In this document: piece by piece, positions 1-16,429 of the stretch
Layout: every line of letters starts with the position of its first letter
Position numbering within the stretch: the first letter of the stretch is position 1
Assembly: GCF_009914755.1 (NCBI RefSeq)
Contig: NC_060932.1
Source of the DNA: the human T2T-CHM13v2.0 reference genome, Homo sapiens
Reading direction: 5' to 3' (one strand)
DNA length: 64,000 bases
Translations under genes and position numbers: made by a program
The notes under the pieces: model-generated
What the model saw: the letters and a program-made list of their open reading frames with translations, nothing else
Database searches by the model: none
Told to the model about the DNA's origin: nothing

Positions 1-1128
1 CCCGTTCTCAATGAGCTGTTTGGTACACTTCCCAGACGGGGTGGCGGCCGGGCAGAGGGGCTCCTCACTTCCCAGAAGGGGCGGCCGGGCAGAGGCGCCC
101 CCCCCCCACCTCCCGGACGGGGCGGCGGCTGGGCAGAGGCGCCCCCCACCTCCCTCCCGGACGGGGCGGCTGGCCGGGCGGGGGCTGCCCCCCACCTCCC
201 TCCCAGATGGGGCGGCTGGCCGGGCGGGGGCTGCCCCCCACCTCCCTCCCGGACGGGGCAGCTGCCGGGCGGAGACGCTCCTCACTTCCCAGACGGGGCG
301 GCTGCCGGGCGGAGGGGCTCCTCACTTCTCAGATGGGGCGGCTGCCAGGCAGAGGGGCTCCTCACTTCTCAGATGGGGCGGCCGGGCAGAGACACTCCTC
401 ACCTCCCAGACTGGGTCACGGCTCGGCAGAGGCGCTCCTCACATCCCAGACGGGGCGGCGGGGCAGAGGCGCTCCCCACATCTCAGACGATGGGCGGCCA
501 GGCAGAGACACTCCTCACTTCCTGGACAGGATGGCGGCCGGGAAGAGGCGCTCCTCACTTCCCAGACTGGGCAGCCGGGCAGAGGGGCTCCTCACATCCC
601 AGACGATGGGCGGCCAGGCAGAGACGCTCCTCACTTCCCAGACGGGGTGGCGGCCGGGCAGAGGCTGCAATCTCGGCACTTTGGGAGGCCAAGGCAGGCG
701 GCTGGGAGGTGGAGGTTGTAGCTAGCCGAGATCACGCCACTGCACTCCAGCCTGGGCACCATTGAGCACTGAGTGAACGAGACTCCGTCTGCAATCCCGG
801 CACCTCGGGAGGCTGAGGCTGGCAGATCACTCGCCGTTAGGAGCTGGAGACCAGCCCGGCCAACACAGTGAAAGCCCGTCTCCACCAAAAAAATACGAAA
901 ACCAGTCAGGCATGGCGGCGCACGACTGCAATCGCAGGCACTCGGCAGGCTGAGGCGGGAGAATCAGGCAGGGAGGTTGCAGTGAGCCGAGATGGCAGCG
1001 GTACAGTCCAGCTTCGGCTTGGCATCAGAGGGAGAGCGTGGAAAGAGAGGGAGAGGGAGACTGTGGGGAGAGGGAGAGGGAGGGGGAGGGGAGGGGAGGG
1101 GGAGGGGGAGGGGAGGGGAGAGGGAGAG
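1..1128 (-). mobile_element. SVA retrotransposon, antisense to WWP1 (5' part; SINE-R and polyA lie left of the window)
   Basis: On + strand: GC-rich VNTR units (cctcacttcccagacgggg) ~20-660, Alu-like segment ~661-1030, (GGGAGA/GGGGAG)n at ~1030-1128, which is the reverse complement of the (CCCTCT)n 5' end. Confidence 0.95.
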
Positions 1129-1466
1129 GTTTCTTAATTCTTGATTCAATTTCTGTTTTCTGATAATTTGGAATTCTGTAAGTAACTTTTTAAAATGTGG
1201 GGTATTCTCTTCCTTTTCTGCTAACTATACTTTGAGTTTCCAATACTGTAATAAAAAGGGAATAATTAAGAGGTTAAAAAAGTACTAATAATTGAGAAAA
1301 TGAACACTTCTGTATATATATATAATAGCCTTTATATATATAGCTGTGTGTGTGTATAGTCTTTTAATGTAAAGCTTATCTGTAATTTTTCTGATTATAA
1401 GGAAGAGTCATTTTTAAGATTGTCCTAGTGTGTTGTCTCTTACTGTTATTTTTGTATTTTTATTAA

Positions 1467-1565
<99 letters not shown>

Positions 1566-3122
1566 TAATATAGCACTCTTTATGCATTTGTAATTATATT
1601 TTATCACACATGTGGTTTTTAAATTTATTTAGTACAGCGTAATTTGATTCTTTCATTCTGCATATATTCAATTTCTTTACATTTCCTTATATAAATAATG
1701 AATGTTCAGTCAATGAGATTAGATAATCTGTAGGGCTTCCTCAAGAGACTGTCAAGCATTGGCATGAGTTACTGAGAGAAGTTGCAAAATTTGGTCAGTT
1801 GTCAGTCCTTCTTTGTAATTTTTTTAAGGAAAGAAAGGTAGTATTTAGGACAGTTTATATGTATGGTTCTCCATGGATAGTGATCTAAACTATGTTATTT
1901 CATAAGATTTAATGACTTAAATATTAAATGACTTAAAGGCCCAAATGATTTAATGACTTAAAGGCCCAAAACTATGATCTACAAAGATTGCCATGAGTGA
2001 ACTTATACCTAAAATTGTAGAAGGTTTTAAATTAATAAAGTTTTTATTACATACTAAAATTCATGCTATTAGGCTGTCATTCAAGGCCATTCACAAACGA
2101 GTCTTCCTTTACCTTTGTATTCTTTCATAACTGTCTACATAACTGCACTGATAGCTAGTCGAATTGTACTGTTTGCATTCATTTACTCACACATTCTATG
2201 TGTACCTGGAATATATTTCTTACATACTCAGATTTCCCTTCCAGATTCAATTTAAAGCCCACCATTTTAAAACACATTCAAAATCTAGAAAATTCAAGGC
2301 AGAGAAATGTTATTTTTATGGGATATTTCTCTTTTATGGAATAAAGCACTCAGGCCTTGACCCTACAGTGTTAAATGAGAACGTATTGGAAAACATGGTG
2401 CCGATATTGCAATATAGCAAACCATGAAGTTCATTTTAACTATGACAAGATCATCAAGTTATAGTCATTCATTTAGTCCATTCATTGAGTGCCATGACTT
2501 GGGGTTTATTTCACTGAAACTGTTGTCCAAAAATTAGGCAGAGGTTGTCTTTAATTTCATCTTTAGCGTCTATTATTCTCTTTGTGACCCCATTGTATTT
2601 TTAGTAATAAGTTTAAGGAATTTATAATTGGTTGCTGAAAGGAGTTTACAATCATTTTATAAATTAATGACAAAAATTGGTTTAACAGATCCTACATGTG
2701 TAGAACAGGTGGGAGTTGGAGTGAATCCTGGAGGATGAGTAGAATTCTGGTTGGTAGAGAAATAGGGAAGGGTATTCTGTGAGGCAAAGGGGAAACAAAA
2801 TTCACTCATGACACCCTTGGAACCAGCAAATAGTTGGTTAGACTCTCACATGAGGCCCTTGTAGGATCTCAGGGAAATGAGGCTGAAAATGTGGACAATT
2901 CATTTTTATGCCATGCCAGTGAGCCATCATGGGTGGAATGACATGGAGTCCACCTGTGTTTCAGGAAGAAAATTGGCAGCAATATAATGGCAGGAAGGTG
3001 AGTTAAAAAAGTAATAAAAAGAGTTCAGTTAACTCATTCTGAACATGGGCATTGGCTATAGAGCAGATTGCTTGGTATACAGCAAGCACTGTCAGTAAAT
3101 GCTTATCAAAGAAAGAAGGAGA

Positions 3123-3423
<301 letters not shown>

Positions 3424-3524
3424 GAGGGAGAAAGGATAGCCAGATGATACTAAAACTGTTCATTCAGTGGCCTCTTTTTAGACAGTCTTTAGAAATTATA
3501 TTAGGGCTAATGCTTTCCCTCCCC

Positions 3525-3660
3525 GTAAGGGGCTTAAAACCTAGATGATGTGTTGATAGCTGCAGCAAACGACCATGGCACATGTATACCTGTGTAACAA
3601 ACCTGCACGTTCTACACATGTATCCCAGAACTTAAAGTAAAATTAAAAAAAAAAGAAAAT
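3525..3660 (+). mobile_element. L1PA 3' end fragment
   Basis: catggcacatgtatacctgtgtaacaaacctgcacgttctacacatgtatcccagaacttaaagta plus A-tail. Confidence 0.85.
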
Positions 3661-3790
3661 AAGCAAACTCTTGTAGTGCAGGACTAAACATTACAGTGAT
3701 TAAAGGAAAAAAAAGATATTAGTGGTAGAATGGGAAGGTAATTTAGGTAAAATAAATAGTTCATAGTTTTATATGTTTTAGTTATTTTAA

Positions 3791-4078
<288 letters not shown>

Positions 4079-5209
4079 TAAGATGTTAACATAACTTCCT
4101 CCCTCAGGTGTTTCTTTCTTTTTTTTTTTTGCTATCCCTTGACCATAATCACATATCTATTTTGGTGATTTTCAGAAATGGTATAGACTGTGTTACAAGA
4201 TATTTTTTAGTTAATCTTTAATAAATAGTGTTTCTGATATATATAAGTACTTTATAATATTTTAAAATATTCTAGTTTACTAACATAACTTATACATTAA
4301 GTTTTATATCCTACGGGGTAGTTTCATAAATGCATTTCTTAACAAAATAATATTTTTACTAATTTTCAATCTTCCACTTTTATAAATTTTGTTTGCTTTC
4401 AACAAAACCAGTTACTTTATTATTTTACTTAGAGCCAGTCTTGCAGTATGCTACCTATTCTGATTCTCTTCCCAGATTCTAAGAAGCAACACTCATCTGT
4501 TTTGCTCCATCAAAGATATTTCTAGAACTCGAAAGTTTTATCCAAAAAATCTAATGCTGTCTGAAAATTTGACCAATTGGTGATTTACTTATTGCCATAA
4601 GCAAACATCCGTGAGAGGAGTGGAAAAAACAAAACAAAACTCCTCTGATAAATGGTGTGATCATAGGAGGTAGAAAAGATAAATTTTAAGTACTGGACAA
4701 CTACAGATAGTGTTTTGAGGCAACTTGAAGAAACCTAAAATATAGAAGCTAGCAGATAGAAAGGAAGTAGGAAAGAGACATAGAAAGAAAATGTAAGTAA
4801 CTTTCTCCAAAATCCTGCTGCAGTCTGGCTCTTTCAACCACATTTTTTTCAGAGGTTAAATAGTAAGTTCTCATTTGCAGGTTGACCTACTCTCCTGGTT
4901 ATATGTAGCTAGCAGGGAGGGAGTGGGCAGCCTAGTTTCCATAGCGTTTCCTGCTGCCTTCAGTTGCTGGTTCTTCCATGACTTGTACAGAAATCTGTGG
5001 TAAGGTTCCATAATTTAGCTGTATATAGTAATTATACCGTGTGGTATATATAGTAATATATATAGCTATATACATCCATAAAAAGTAATACATATAGCTT
5101 TGTTTTTGGTTGGACTTATCTGTACACATGAAAACCTTTGGTGAACAGGGCAGAATGAGGTAACAGATGTGTATCAGAAGAATGTTATCTTGCAAGTAAT
5201 AGAATCTCC

Positions 5210-5670
5210 TTAAACACATTGAGGTTTAATTATCTCAGTACAACATCAAGTCTGGGGTAAAAGTGTAAGTGCTGCATTGACTCAGTAGTGTCATCAAGGA
5301 CCCGGGTTCTTTCTGCCCTTTTGCTCTGCCATCCATATCGCACTTCAGGCCTGTTACTTCGTTTATATACTCTGCACTATGGGCCTCACATCCATAGTCT
5401 AGGCAAGAAGAAAGAGAAAGAGGAATTGAAAGGGCAGATGGCTCTGTTGTTGCAAGCCCTTGCCTTTTTTACTTAGCGAAGGATGCCCTCACCATGGCCT
5501 TCTGCCTATACCTCATTGGCCAGAATTGGTCACTCTACCAACTCAGCTGCAGGGAAGGGGGAATGGAATGATCTTTATGGCCACGTTTCTACCTCCAACA
5601 AAACAGGGTTTTGGTTCTCAAGAACAGGTGGAAGATAAATATTGAGTATAATTAACTGGGTCTGTTACAA
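5210..5670. mobile_element. Probable old MaLR (MLT1-type) LTR
   Basis: Motifs gtcatcaaggacccgggttctttc and cattggccagaattggtcac resemble MLT1J/K consensus; by-eye match only. Confidence 0.5.
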
Positions 5671-6162
5671 GATTATATTCATCAAGATGCATATACTTTA
5701 AGAAATTATTTTTCAGGTAATGATTTTTATATTTGTCATTATTATAGAATTCTTGATAGAATACTTATATTTTCTTCAGAATATATTTCTAGGTTATAAG
5801 AATGGAGGCATACATAAAAATGTGTTTTTATGTATGTATGAAAATATAAAAGATACTAATTAAAAGTTTATTTCTATAAATGATACTGGAGTTGAGTGTT
5901 AGTTTTATTAGTGGGCATTTGTTTTAAAGAAAATTGTGATAACTGTTCTATTTTTAAACAAATAATATTGCCTCATTTAAACATCATAATTTCCTATATG
6001 TTCTTCTCCCATTTCATCTTCCCTCTATAGATTAGTATGGAAGGACTGGGAGAGTAAAGTATTGATGCCAGTGTATTATTTTTAAATCATTTTCGAAAAA
6101 CTAATAATTAATTTGATAGTTGATAGTCTCCTCTTCGTGACATTTTATGAACTTAGTGTCTT

Positions 6163-6460
6163 GGCTGGGAGCGGTGGCTTACACCTGTAATCCCAGCACT
6201 GTGGGAGGCTGAGGCGGGTGGATCGCTTGAGCCTAGGAGTTCGAGACCAGCCTCAGAAACATGGCAAAACCTTGTCTCTACAAAAAATACAAATATTAGC
6301 CGGGTGTGGTGGCGCATATCTGTAGTCCTAGCTACTCGGTTGTTGCTGAGGTGGGAGGATTGCTTGAGCCCGGGAAGCAGAGGCTGCTGTGAGCTGAGAT
6401 CACGCCACTGCACCCCAGTCTGGGTAATAGAGCAGGAAGATCCTGTCTCAAAAAACAAAG
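6163..6460 (+). mobile_element. Alu (AluJ-like)
   Basis: Dimer with TSD gaactt(a/t)gtgtctt. Confidence 0.93.
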
Positions 6461-6535
6461 AACTTTGTGTCTTGAAATTGCTATATTTCCTTATAATGTG
6501 GACCTATCTATCTGTCTATATAATAATATAGATAT

Positions 6536-6822
6536 ATTTTTGAGACAGCTTCTCGCTCTGTTGTGCAGGCTGGAGTGCAGTAGTAGTGTGATCACAGTTC
6601 ACTGTAGCCTCCACCTCCTGGGCTCAAGTGATCCTCCCACTTCAGCCTTCCAAGTAGCTGGGACTTTAGGCATGTGCCAACACATCTGGCTAATTAAAAA
6701 AAAATTTTTTTTTATAGAGACAGGATCTTCCAGGCTGGTCTTGAACTCCTGGGCTTAAGTAATCCTCCCACCTTGCCCTCCCAAGGTGCTGAGATTACAG
6801 GCATGAGCCACTGCGCCCAACC
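6536..6822 (-). mobile_element. Alu (AluJ-like), antisense
   Basis: Reverse-complement Alu dimer. Confidence 0.92.
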
Positions 6823-6942
6823 CCTTATCATATTTTTAGAAAATTATTATAAAATGTGATTCTGCCACATGCTTGGCTTATTTCTACTTTCATATTAAAA
6901 CACTGTTATTTTATTTCTCTCCCTAATCTTTTCTCCAATCAG

Positions 6943-6997
6943 GCTTCAATGTTAGCTGCAGAAAATGACCCTTATGGACCTTTGCCACCAGGCTGGG
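6943..6997 (+). CDS. WWP1: WWP1 coding exon (~12), linker and start of WW3
   Basis: caatcag|GCT..TGGG|gtaagc; ASMLAAENDPYGPLPPGW. Confidence 0.96.
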
Positions 6998-7019
6998 GTA
7001 AGCTGTTTTTGCTAATGAT

Positions 7020-7042
7020 CTATAAGGGAGATATATATCTCT

Positions 7043-7083
<41 letters not shown>

Positions 7084-7610
7084 CCTTATTTTATATATAT
7101 ATATCTCCCTTATATATGTCCCTTAACATATATATATCCCTTATAATATATAATATATTTAATATGGATTATATATTCTATATATTATATATTCTGTAGA
7201 ATGTTATATATTCTGTATACTATATAGAATATATAATCCATATTAAATATATTATATATTATAAGGGATATATATGTATATTATATATGTATATATTATA
7301 AGGGATATATATATGTATATTATAAGGGATATATATATGTATTATATATATAATATACAGAATATATAGAATAGATTATATATTAAAGAATTATATATTA
7401 TAGAATATATATTATATTCTACATAATTATCTATAATATAATATATATTATATTCTCTATAATATAATATATGTTATATTCTCTATAATATATATTATAT
7501 TCTATATAATATATTCTATAATATATAAGGGATACATATATCCCTGATATGTTTTTATATATATAATATATATTATATATAATTATATGTGTTCCTTATT
7601 TTATATATAG
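7020..7610. repeat. AT-rich low-complexity/(TA)n block with internal inverted repeats
   Basis: (TA)n 7046-7080, recurring TATAAGGGATATATA motif, 55-bp perfect inverted repeat. Confidence 0.9.
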
Positions 7611-7628
7611 ATCCTAAATAGTTATTAA

Positions 7629-7784
<156 letters not shown>

Positions 7785-7818
7785 TAGAACCAACCAACCT
7801 TGAATGAGATATTTTTAG

Positions 7819-7992
<174 letters not shown>

Positions 7993-8169
7993 TGAGTGAA
8001 AACCTGAAGTTCTCCTTTAAATATTGCTTAGTGAGCACATGAGATTTAGTCTCTAATTTATCCTCAAGTTTAGCAAAACATTTTACTTTTTGGTTCAAGA
8101 AAACCTACACAAGTGAAACCTTAGTATAGCTGTCTTTGCTCTCATTTGACAATGGATTTGCAGCATGTA

Positions 8170-8410
8170 AACTATTTATGTAGTGATTACTGTGTGCCGA
8201 GGATTGTTCTAAGTACTTCATAGGTATTAACTCATTTTATCTTCCAATAACCCCTTGAGGTAGATACTATTATTTTTCCCTTTACCAAGTGAGGAGAGGT
8301 ATAGGGAGCATAACTAACTGTGCAAAGTTATAAGGCAAGTAATGGAGCTGGTTTCTAACGATGACAGTCAGTCTCTGTCTAGACTCTGTGCTCTTAACTG
8401 CCACATCACA
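8170..8410 (-). mobile_element. MIR
   Basis: attaactcattttatcttccaataaccccttgaggtagatactattatt... MIR core. Confidence 0.7.
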
Positions 8411-8854
8411 CTGCTGCAATGAGATGGTCAGTGAAATGATTTTTCCAGATTTAAAGATACCTTAATTAAGCGGTTGACAGATCTCTCCTTCATTCTTACT
8501 CTAAGGTGTCATGTCTTTGCATAACTAAGAAAATAGAAGCAATCCTAAAAGGTCTTTTGCAAAGTTGTACCACCATATCTGTCCGTCTCCTACCATCTCT
8601 CCTCCCTCCTGTTCCTATAGATGAACTGTCATTGTTATTATCAAAGTCTCGTCCCTCTGCTGGTACATTCGATTCCTACCCCCACTTTTCTACTTAATTG
8701 CTCCAACAGTTATCACCTTTGTGTTGCATTATCAGGTTTTATTTCTCTACAAAATTATTCTTATCAGCTGTTATTTCTCCTAGATATAAAAAAAAAGCAA
8801 AAAAAAAAAGAAATTACAACTCTTCCCTTTACCAATGTGTTCAATCGCAGTTCA

Positions 8855-9261
<407 letters not shown>

Positions 9262-9570
9262 TGACACTGAATTTGCAAGGGCACCAATGATCTTCACATT
9301 GTTAATCCAGGCGTTGGTTTGCAGTCCTGCCTGATTTGACTTACCAGGAACATTTGACACAATACATTTCTCTCTCCTGGCAAAAGTAGTGCTGTGAGCC
9401 ATACTTTCTTGATTTCCCTCTGCGTTTCTGTTCTTCTATCTTTATTTTGTCGAGTCCTCCTTTTTTTCCTAAGCCTCTTTTTTTTTTTTTTTTTTTGTTA
9501 ACTACATTCATTCTCTTGATGCATCTTACTCAGTATTATGCTTTTAAAACATGTGCCTGCTAATGACTCA

Positions 9571-9837
<267 letters not shown>

Positions 9838-9916
9838 CTACCTGTGATATTCCCTGTCACAGTTGATAACTCCACTCTAGCAGGTGCTTGGGTCAAAAAT
9901 TTTGAAATCACCTTGT

Positions 9917-10181
<265 letters not shown>

Positions 10182-11699
10182 TGTAGAATCATCCACAACT
10201 CCTCTATCTCTCCTACCTTACAAACAGTCCATCAAGAATTCTAGTTACCTCAACTTCAAAACATATCTAGAATCCAGCTATGCCTCACCACCCCCATTGC
10301 CACCATTTTGGTCCAAGCTACCATTATCTGTTGCCTGGCTTGGTAGCAGAGTCCTCTCTCTGCTTTCTTCCCACACCTTGTACAATGTTGTTACTCTCCA
10401 TACAGCACAGAGACTGAATTTCCAAAACAAAATTTAATTAAAAGTCATTTATTTGCACAAAACCCTTCAGTGGTTTCCATCTCAATAAGAGTAAAAAGCA
10501 CACTTTACAACAGCCTAAATGGCCTTACAGGATCTGACCCCTCTTATCTCTTCAACCTCCTCTTGGTTTTCGCTCCTCCTCATTCACCGTGTTCTAGCTT
10601 CATTGGACGCTAGCTGTGCCTTCAACACCTTCAGCTTCCACCTTGGGTCTTAGCCTTTATTCCGTCTGCCTGGTATGCTCTTTTCCCGAAACTCCATATG
10701 GCTTTTGCCCTCTCCTTCATGTTTTTGCTCAAATGTCACTTTGTCTGTGAGCTCTACTCCTTTTACCCTTTTGAAAATCACAAAATGCTTCTCATATCAC
10801 TCCTTATACTTTGTCCTTTTAACAATGCCTTTTTTATTGTTTTATTGTTCTAGGTCAGGAGTGATAAGACATTTGTACTTTACTTATTTATTATATTTTT
10901 TTGTCTTATCTCCTTCACTAGTATATAAGCTCCACAAAACAGGCATTTTTACCTATTAATAAGTAATGCTGTCACTGTCTAGAAGAAAGCCAGGTACCAG
11001 CTATGCATTCAGTAAATGCTTTTTGAGTAAGTGAATTCACTTGAACCTGACAACACAAGAGAACATTTTTCATCTGTTCCAAAGTGTTCCTTAACATTAT
11101 GAAAGTTCTTTGTGCCTGTCAGGCCCTCAATCAATAGGCAAGAGATCCAGGCTCTGTCACTGTGAGTCAAACCATATTGTAAAACCTGTATTCCTAGGTG
11201 CCGTGCCACCAACTCTGCCTTTTCTCTCACTGACCACGTGAACCGTGTGATCTGGATGACAATGTTGTTTCTAGGAATTTGATTTTGCTTTGCTTATTAT
11301 CTCCAGGAATATTTGTTTGGGTTTTAGGTTAGGCTTAGGATGTGGTAGAATTTCCTTCCACGTCTCTTCTGTCTGGAGCCTCTGTCCTCCTTAGATTTAA
11401 GGATTATCGAAGATTTTCTTTGAAATAGTCTGTAGTAGACTTTGATATTTCATTTAACTCACTAACAAAAGATCCAGCCATAAATACAATGTCCTTCTTT
11501 GTGTATATGTGTGTCCTGTTGCTGTAATAGTCCCCATTACTTGAGCTTCTTTTGGCCCACCATGTATGTATACCCTTCTCTCCCAGCAGAAATCTTCCTG
11601 TGGTATTTTGTTGGACTTTAGTACACTCTGATTTTATACTGAATACTAAATATTCAACTTTATTATGAGTTAATTTGGTTTATTTTTGTTTTTCTTTAG

Positions 11700-11775
11700 A
11701 ACTAAAGGTGGTCCACAAATTGCTTATGAACGCGGCTTTAGGTGGAAGCTTGCTCACTTCCGTTATTTGTGCCAG
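11700..11775 (+). CDS. WWP1: WWP1 coding exon (~15)
   Basis: ctttag|A..CAG|gtacta; TKGGPQIAYERGFRWKLAHFRYLCQ. Confidence 0.96.
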
Positions 11776-11880
11776 GTACTATAGTGGTAAATAAATCTTA
11801 TACTCAATAATTTAGTCTTCTCTTTATACAATACATATACTATAACTCAGATGATATTATGATATTATTTTTGTTTTTAG

Positions 11881-11952
11881 TCTAATGCACTACCTAGTCA
11901 TGTAAAGATCAATGTGTCCCGGCAGACATTGTTTGAAGATTCCTTCCAACAG
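11881..11952 (+). CDS. WWP1: WWP1 coding exon (~16), HECT N-terminal region
   Basis: tttttag|TCT..CAG|gtaagg; [24 protein letters not shown]. Confidence 0.96.
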
Positions 11953-12094
11953 GTAAGGAGGATTTTAGCAGAATAAAACACCATTTGTCTCATTGTATTC
12001 TGTGCATCTAAAGAAAGTCAGGGTTTTAGAGATTTTTAAACCACCCAGAACACAGCTATAATAATAATGACTGCCACCGCCACTTGTTGAGTGC

Positions 12095-12247
12095 CTTTGT
12101 TTTGTTTTGTTTTGTTCTGTTTTCTTAAATAGAGATGGAATTTCGCCATGTTGCCCAGGTTGGTCTCAACCTCTGGGCTCGAACGATCTACCCACCTCGG
12201 CCTCGTAAAATGCTGGGATTACAGGCTTGAGCCACTGCATCTGGCCT
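12095..12247 (-). mobile_element. Alu monomer (FLAM-like) with (TTTTG)n tail
   Basis: Antisense left-arm monomer. Confidence 0.85.
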
Positions 12248-12629
12248 GAGTGCCCATTTTAATTATAGTTACACTAAACCTTCCCATATACTGAGTGATT
12301 ATCATTTGCAAAACACCGGCATCTTACATTTCTCATTTTATTTCATTCGTCCTCACAGCATCCCTTTGAGATAGCACTTATTGTATCTCCATGTTATAGG
12401 TAAAGGTACTGAGACTGAGAGACATATCATGAATTTAGATGTGTATTTACTAAAATAAAGCTTAAACAGCTTTTGGAACAAGTTGATTCTTGTTTTGACA
12501 CAATACTTGGCTAAGAATTTATTACCTCAAAGTTTTGATAATGCTATCAAATTAAAATTAAATTGGTAGATACTGTATTCCATTTGAGAATTCCTTTAAT
12601 AACTTTATTTTCACCTTTATGTTTCTGTT

Positions 12630-12900
12630 TAAATGTGATCTCAGAGAGACCTTCTCTGAGCCTACTATTTTAAGATGGCAGTCCTTCTCTTCTCCCTCAC
12701 AGTCACATTCCAGCCATTTATGGTGCTTTATTCTTTTTCATAACCACCCAACATAGTGTATTTTGTCTTCCTTACTAGAATGTGAGCTCCATGAGAGCAG
12801 GGACTATTGGTTTACTGCTGTTCTGCCTAGTACGTAGAATAGTGCCTTTGCACATAGAGGGTATTCAATAAATATTTGATGAACAAATAAATGAATGCAG
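12630..12900 (+). mobile_element. L2 3' end
   Basis: ctagaatgtgagctccatgagagcaggg...tcaataaatatttgatgaacaaataaatgaat. Confidence 0.75.
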
Positions 12901-13854
12901 TATTTCTTCCTTTCATGAGTCATCTGCAGAATATTTAAGGATAAATAATCCAAATACTGTATTGTCAGTTTTTGCCCAATGAAGTGGAGAATTTTTCATA
13001 ATGAGACGTCTTATTCCCCCCCTAGTATTATAATGATGAACCAAATTATGCTGTGTACTCAGGCATACAGGGACTTTTATTTATACTTTGTACAAGCCAA
13101 AATGGAGTAATGATACTCTGAGCCCCAAGAGAATTTCAAACCATAGCTTAATTTTACGATTGGACTTTGGGCATGATACTTAAACTATTATCAAGTTGAT
13201 TTTTTTTTTTTTGAGTTAATAAATTCTTAGCAAACTAAGTGTAAATAGGTCAACTTTTTCTAAACTCTGGATTGATTTTAGTAAATGTACATCTGAATTC
13301 ATGGTAGACTTTATTTTGCTTTTTACCCTGTCTTGGGAAGAATCATGGTCTATTTGATGTATAGCACTGAGCCCACGACTGCCTCTAAGGAGGCATGCTG
13401 GTGAGCTGTGCTCCAACCCAGACTTGCCAGTCTTGGCTCTGGTCCTGACATATGTGTGGAATGTAATTTATTTCTATCCAAAGTAAAGCCTACTTACTAG
13501 TAACCTTGATGTAAGCTATTAAAGATTATGAAAATTTGGTATACGTATTGTTTTTAAGTTATACTAGCCTGTGAATAAATTCATCATTGTATAAATAATT
13601 GCTCATTATAGCTGAGTTCCTTTCCTACTGAGAAATGGAATGTGTGGTATAAACAGGATGCAGAACAAAGTCTTTTGCCTCTAAGTACTGCTAGTCAGAA
13701 AAATTTACCTGTTGGAAGATTTTGGTACAGTTTGGGGAAACCAGTAGGGGAGATAATATTTTTAACCTTAAAAGCCTTTTGTGTCAAACTCTTCCTGTCT
13801 TGTCATTAACCCAAAATAGAACTATCCATTTAATACTAGAAGGAGGAAAGAGTA

Positions 13855-14623
<769 letters not shown>

Positions 14624-14833
14624 TATGTGAAAGTGAGTCAGGAAAAGCTTAACAGATTGATATGTATGTCTTCATCTAGTTTGTGAAAGAAACCAATTCA
14701 TCTCTTGAGTTAAAAGCATTGTATAAGATAAGGAAATGTGTTATTTTGAAAATAGAGATTAAATTTAAATTGTTTTGAAAGGAACTTGTACTGCATGTGA
14801 GTATTTAATATTCATGTTTTTGTTTTTAATTAG

Positions 14834-14923
<90 letters not shown>

Positions 14924-15310
14924 TAAAATAAAAAACACATATCTGCCTTGAAATAAGTATATCTCATTGTATACAGGGAAAGTATTCTTCAAAACATATG
15001 TGAATATATTGTATTAAATTTTTGAATTAACAATCCAGAATTTTTCTCAAAAATACACACGGTAACCATTATTATTATTACTACTCTTGGTTATCTTTCT
15101 ATACATCTTTACATATATGTAAATTTGTATATATGTGTAATATAGTATATATTTGCTGCTTTTTTTAACAATTAATCATACAATGTACAAAATGTAGGAT
15201 CTGATTTTGTTTTTTTATATAGTGTGGGCATCTTTCTATGTTAGCATATATACAGTGAGTGAATGAATTTGTTTATTTCTTTTTCTTCTTGTTTTTTAAA
15301 AAGTTTTAAA

Positions 15311-15804
<494 letters not shown>

Positions 15805-16429
15805 TCATAATTAATAGATTAGCATGCATACATTCTTATTTTTTGCTATTGTAAGTAACATCATATTTTGGTTTTATGTTTATGTTTTTAGTCCAATCTG
15901 AGTCTCTTTTGGGAATAAAGTTTTCTACATTCACTAAATATATTGTTAACAGTAGATACTTGTGAAGCAATATGGGTGGAAAATCCTTTTATTTTTCAAT
16001 TTTGTCCCTTATTTGTTCTGCCCCAGCCTAATTTGGCAACAATTTATTGTTTAGCAAAACATTTTGATTAAATCTTTCTAAAGAATTCAAACTTGCTTTT
16101 CATAGAAACAACTCCTTTTTTGAACTCATTTCAGAGGTGTACAGAATTACAAAATCACAGTTTTAACACAACTGGCAAAAAGAGATACAGAACCAAGTAC
16201 AACTGATGGGGATAGATAAGTAATAATATATGTGGAATTATCAGAGTTTTGTTTATATTAGCATATTTCCTCATTTACAACATCATTAAACTTTTCCAGA
16301 AACGAAACACTGCCTATCATAATAAATGTTCATATTGCATCTATTACGAGTTTATCTCAATTTCAGAAATGTTCAGACATAAGAAAGGTACATCTTAGAA
16401 ATGAGGAAATATGGTATTTTTACAGTGTG

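Noticed and set aside
20-660. Regularly spaced repeats resembling a CRISPR array or CpG-island promoter
   Set aside because: Tandem SVA VNTR units with no unique spacers, in primate DNA
11-1149. Long GC-rich ORFs (up to 236 aa) at the window start
   Set aside because: They are translations of the SVA VNTR and Alu-like regions, where stop codons are rare; not a gene
13200-13560. T-run followed by unique sequence, possibly another retrocopy
   Set aside because: No correctly oriented polyA signal, TSD or recognisable ORF
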